From Kiritimatiellia bacterium (GTDB lineage Bacteria; Verrucomicrobiota; Kiritimatiellia; RFP12; JAVBOU01): a DNA stretch of 57,382 bases. The notes beneath the pieces were generated by a model, which did not search any database, was not told where the DNA came from, and worked only from the letters and a program-made list of their open reading frames with translations. The stretch lies in assembly GCA_031550185.1 (NCBI GenBank), contig JAVBOU010000008.1, forward strand, positions 1 through 57,382, written 5' to 3'. Below, one piece after another: positions 57,250 through 57,382 of this stretch (its first letter is position 1; each line of letters starts with the position of its first letter). Made by a program: the position numbers and the translations under genes.

Positions 57250-57382
57250 GGCGTTTTTCGCGCAACATTGCGGCATGTGCTTCAACCCCAACGGGGTTGC
57301 AGTGTAAAATTGTTGCATCAGGGTGGGGCGCGACCGCCGGGCGCGTCGGGCTTACGACAAGCTTGGATCCGCAACACAAACG

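Noticed and set aside
57359-57370. Adjacent HindIII+BamHI sites (AAGCTTGGATCC) 12 nt from the window end, a possible cloning-vector or linker junction
   Set aside because: It is unusual for a GC-rich genome, but the flanking sequence matches no polylinker I can recall, and a single 12-mer cannot be distinguished from chance without vector screening (VecScreen/UniVec would settle it).

Overview
GC-rich bacterial chromosomal window (roughly 60% GC by eye, not computed). The many autotransporter-associated beta-strand (PATR) repeat proteins suggest a PVC-superphylum organism (Verrucomicrobiota/Kiritimatiellota/Lentisphaerota-like); this is inference only. Two housekeeping genes come first (purB and a PPi-type phosphofructokinase). 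The rest is a tightly packed, entirely minus-strand glycan-degradation locus of about 45 kb (2890-48268), plus a divergent plus-strand arm (48853-57180). The locus interleaves nine very large secreted beta-helix/PATR proteins with CAZymes that point to pectin/arabinogalactan-type substrates: five paralogous GH5, PL22, GH28, GH42, GH127-like, GH29, GH43 and a Pectate_lyase_3 beta-helix protein. It also holds one AraR-like regulator (GntR HTH plus LacI-type sugar-binding domain). No transporter, SusC/D or TonB-receptor gene is present. Main signals: (i) a 13-copy GC-rich palindrome (GCGTGGCAGAG-loop-CTCTGCCACGC) that usually sits 6-13 nt after stop codons or about 30-110 nt before starts, and is also embedded in the signal-peptide codons of three GH5 paralogues. 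(ii) An ultra-short shared C-terminal tail ([STG]-[LR]-[FL]-[LMFI]-[ILV]-[RK]-stop) on ten giant proteins; it matches no sorting signal I know. (iii) An in-frame TAG that splits one giant gene inside a conserved domain. (iv) A repeated module of PATR protein, leaderless pectinase and CBM-GH5, with 4-nt start/stop overlaps. (v) A shared CACGTG-centred 16-mer at candidate promoters. Most other long ORFs in the track are antisense high-GC artefacts. No rRNA, tRNA or CRISPR was recognised.
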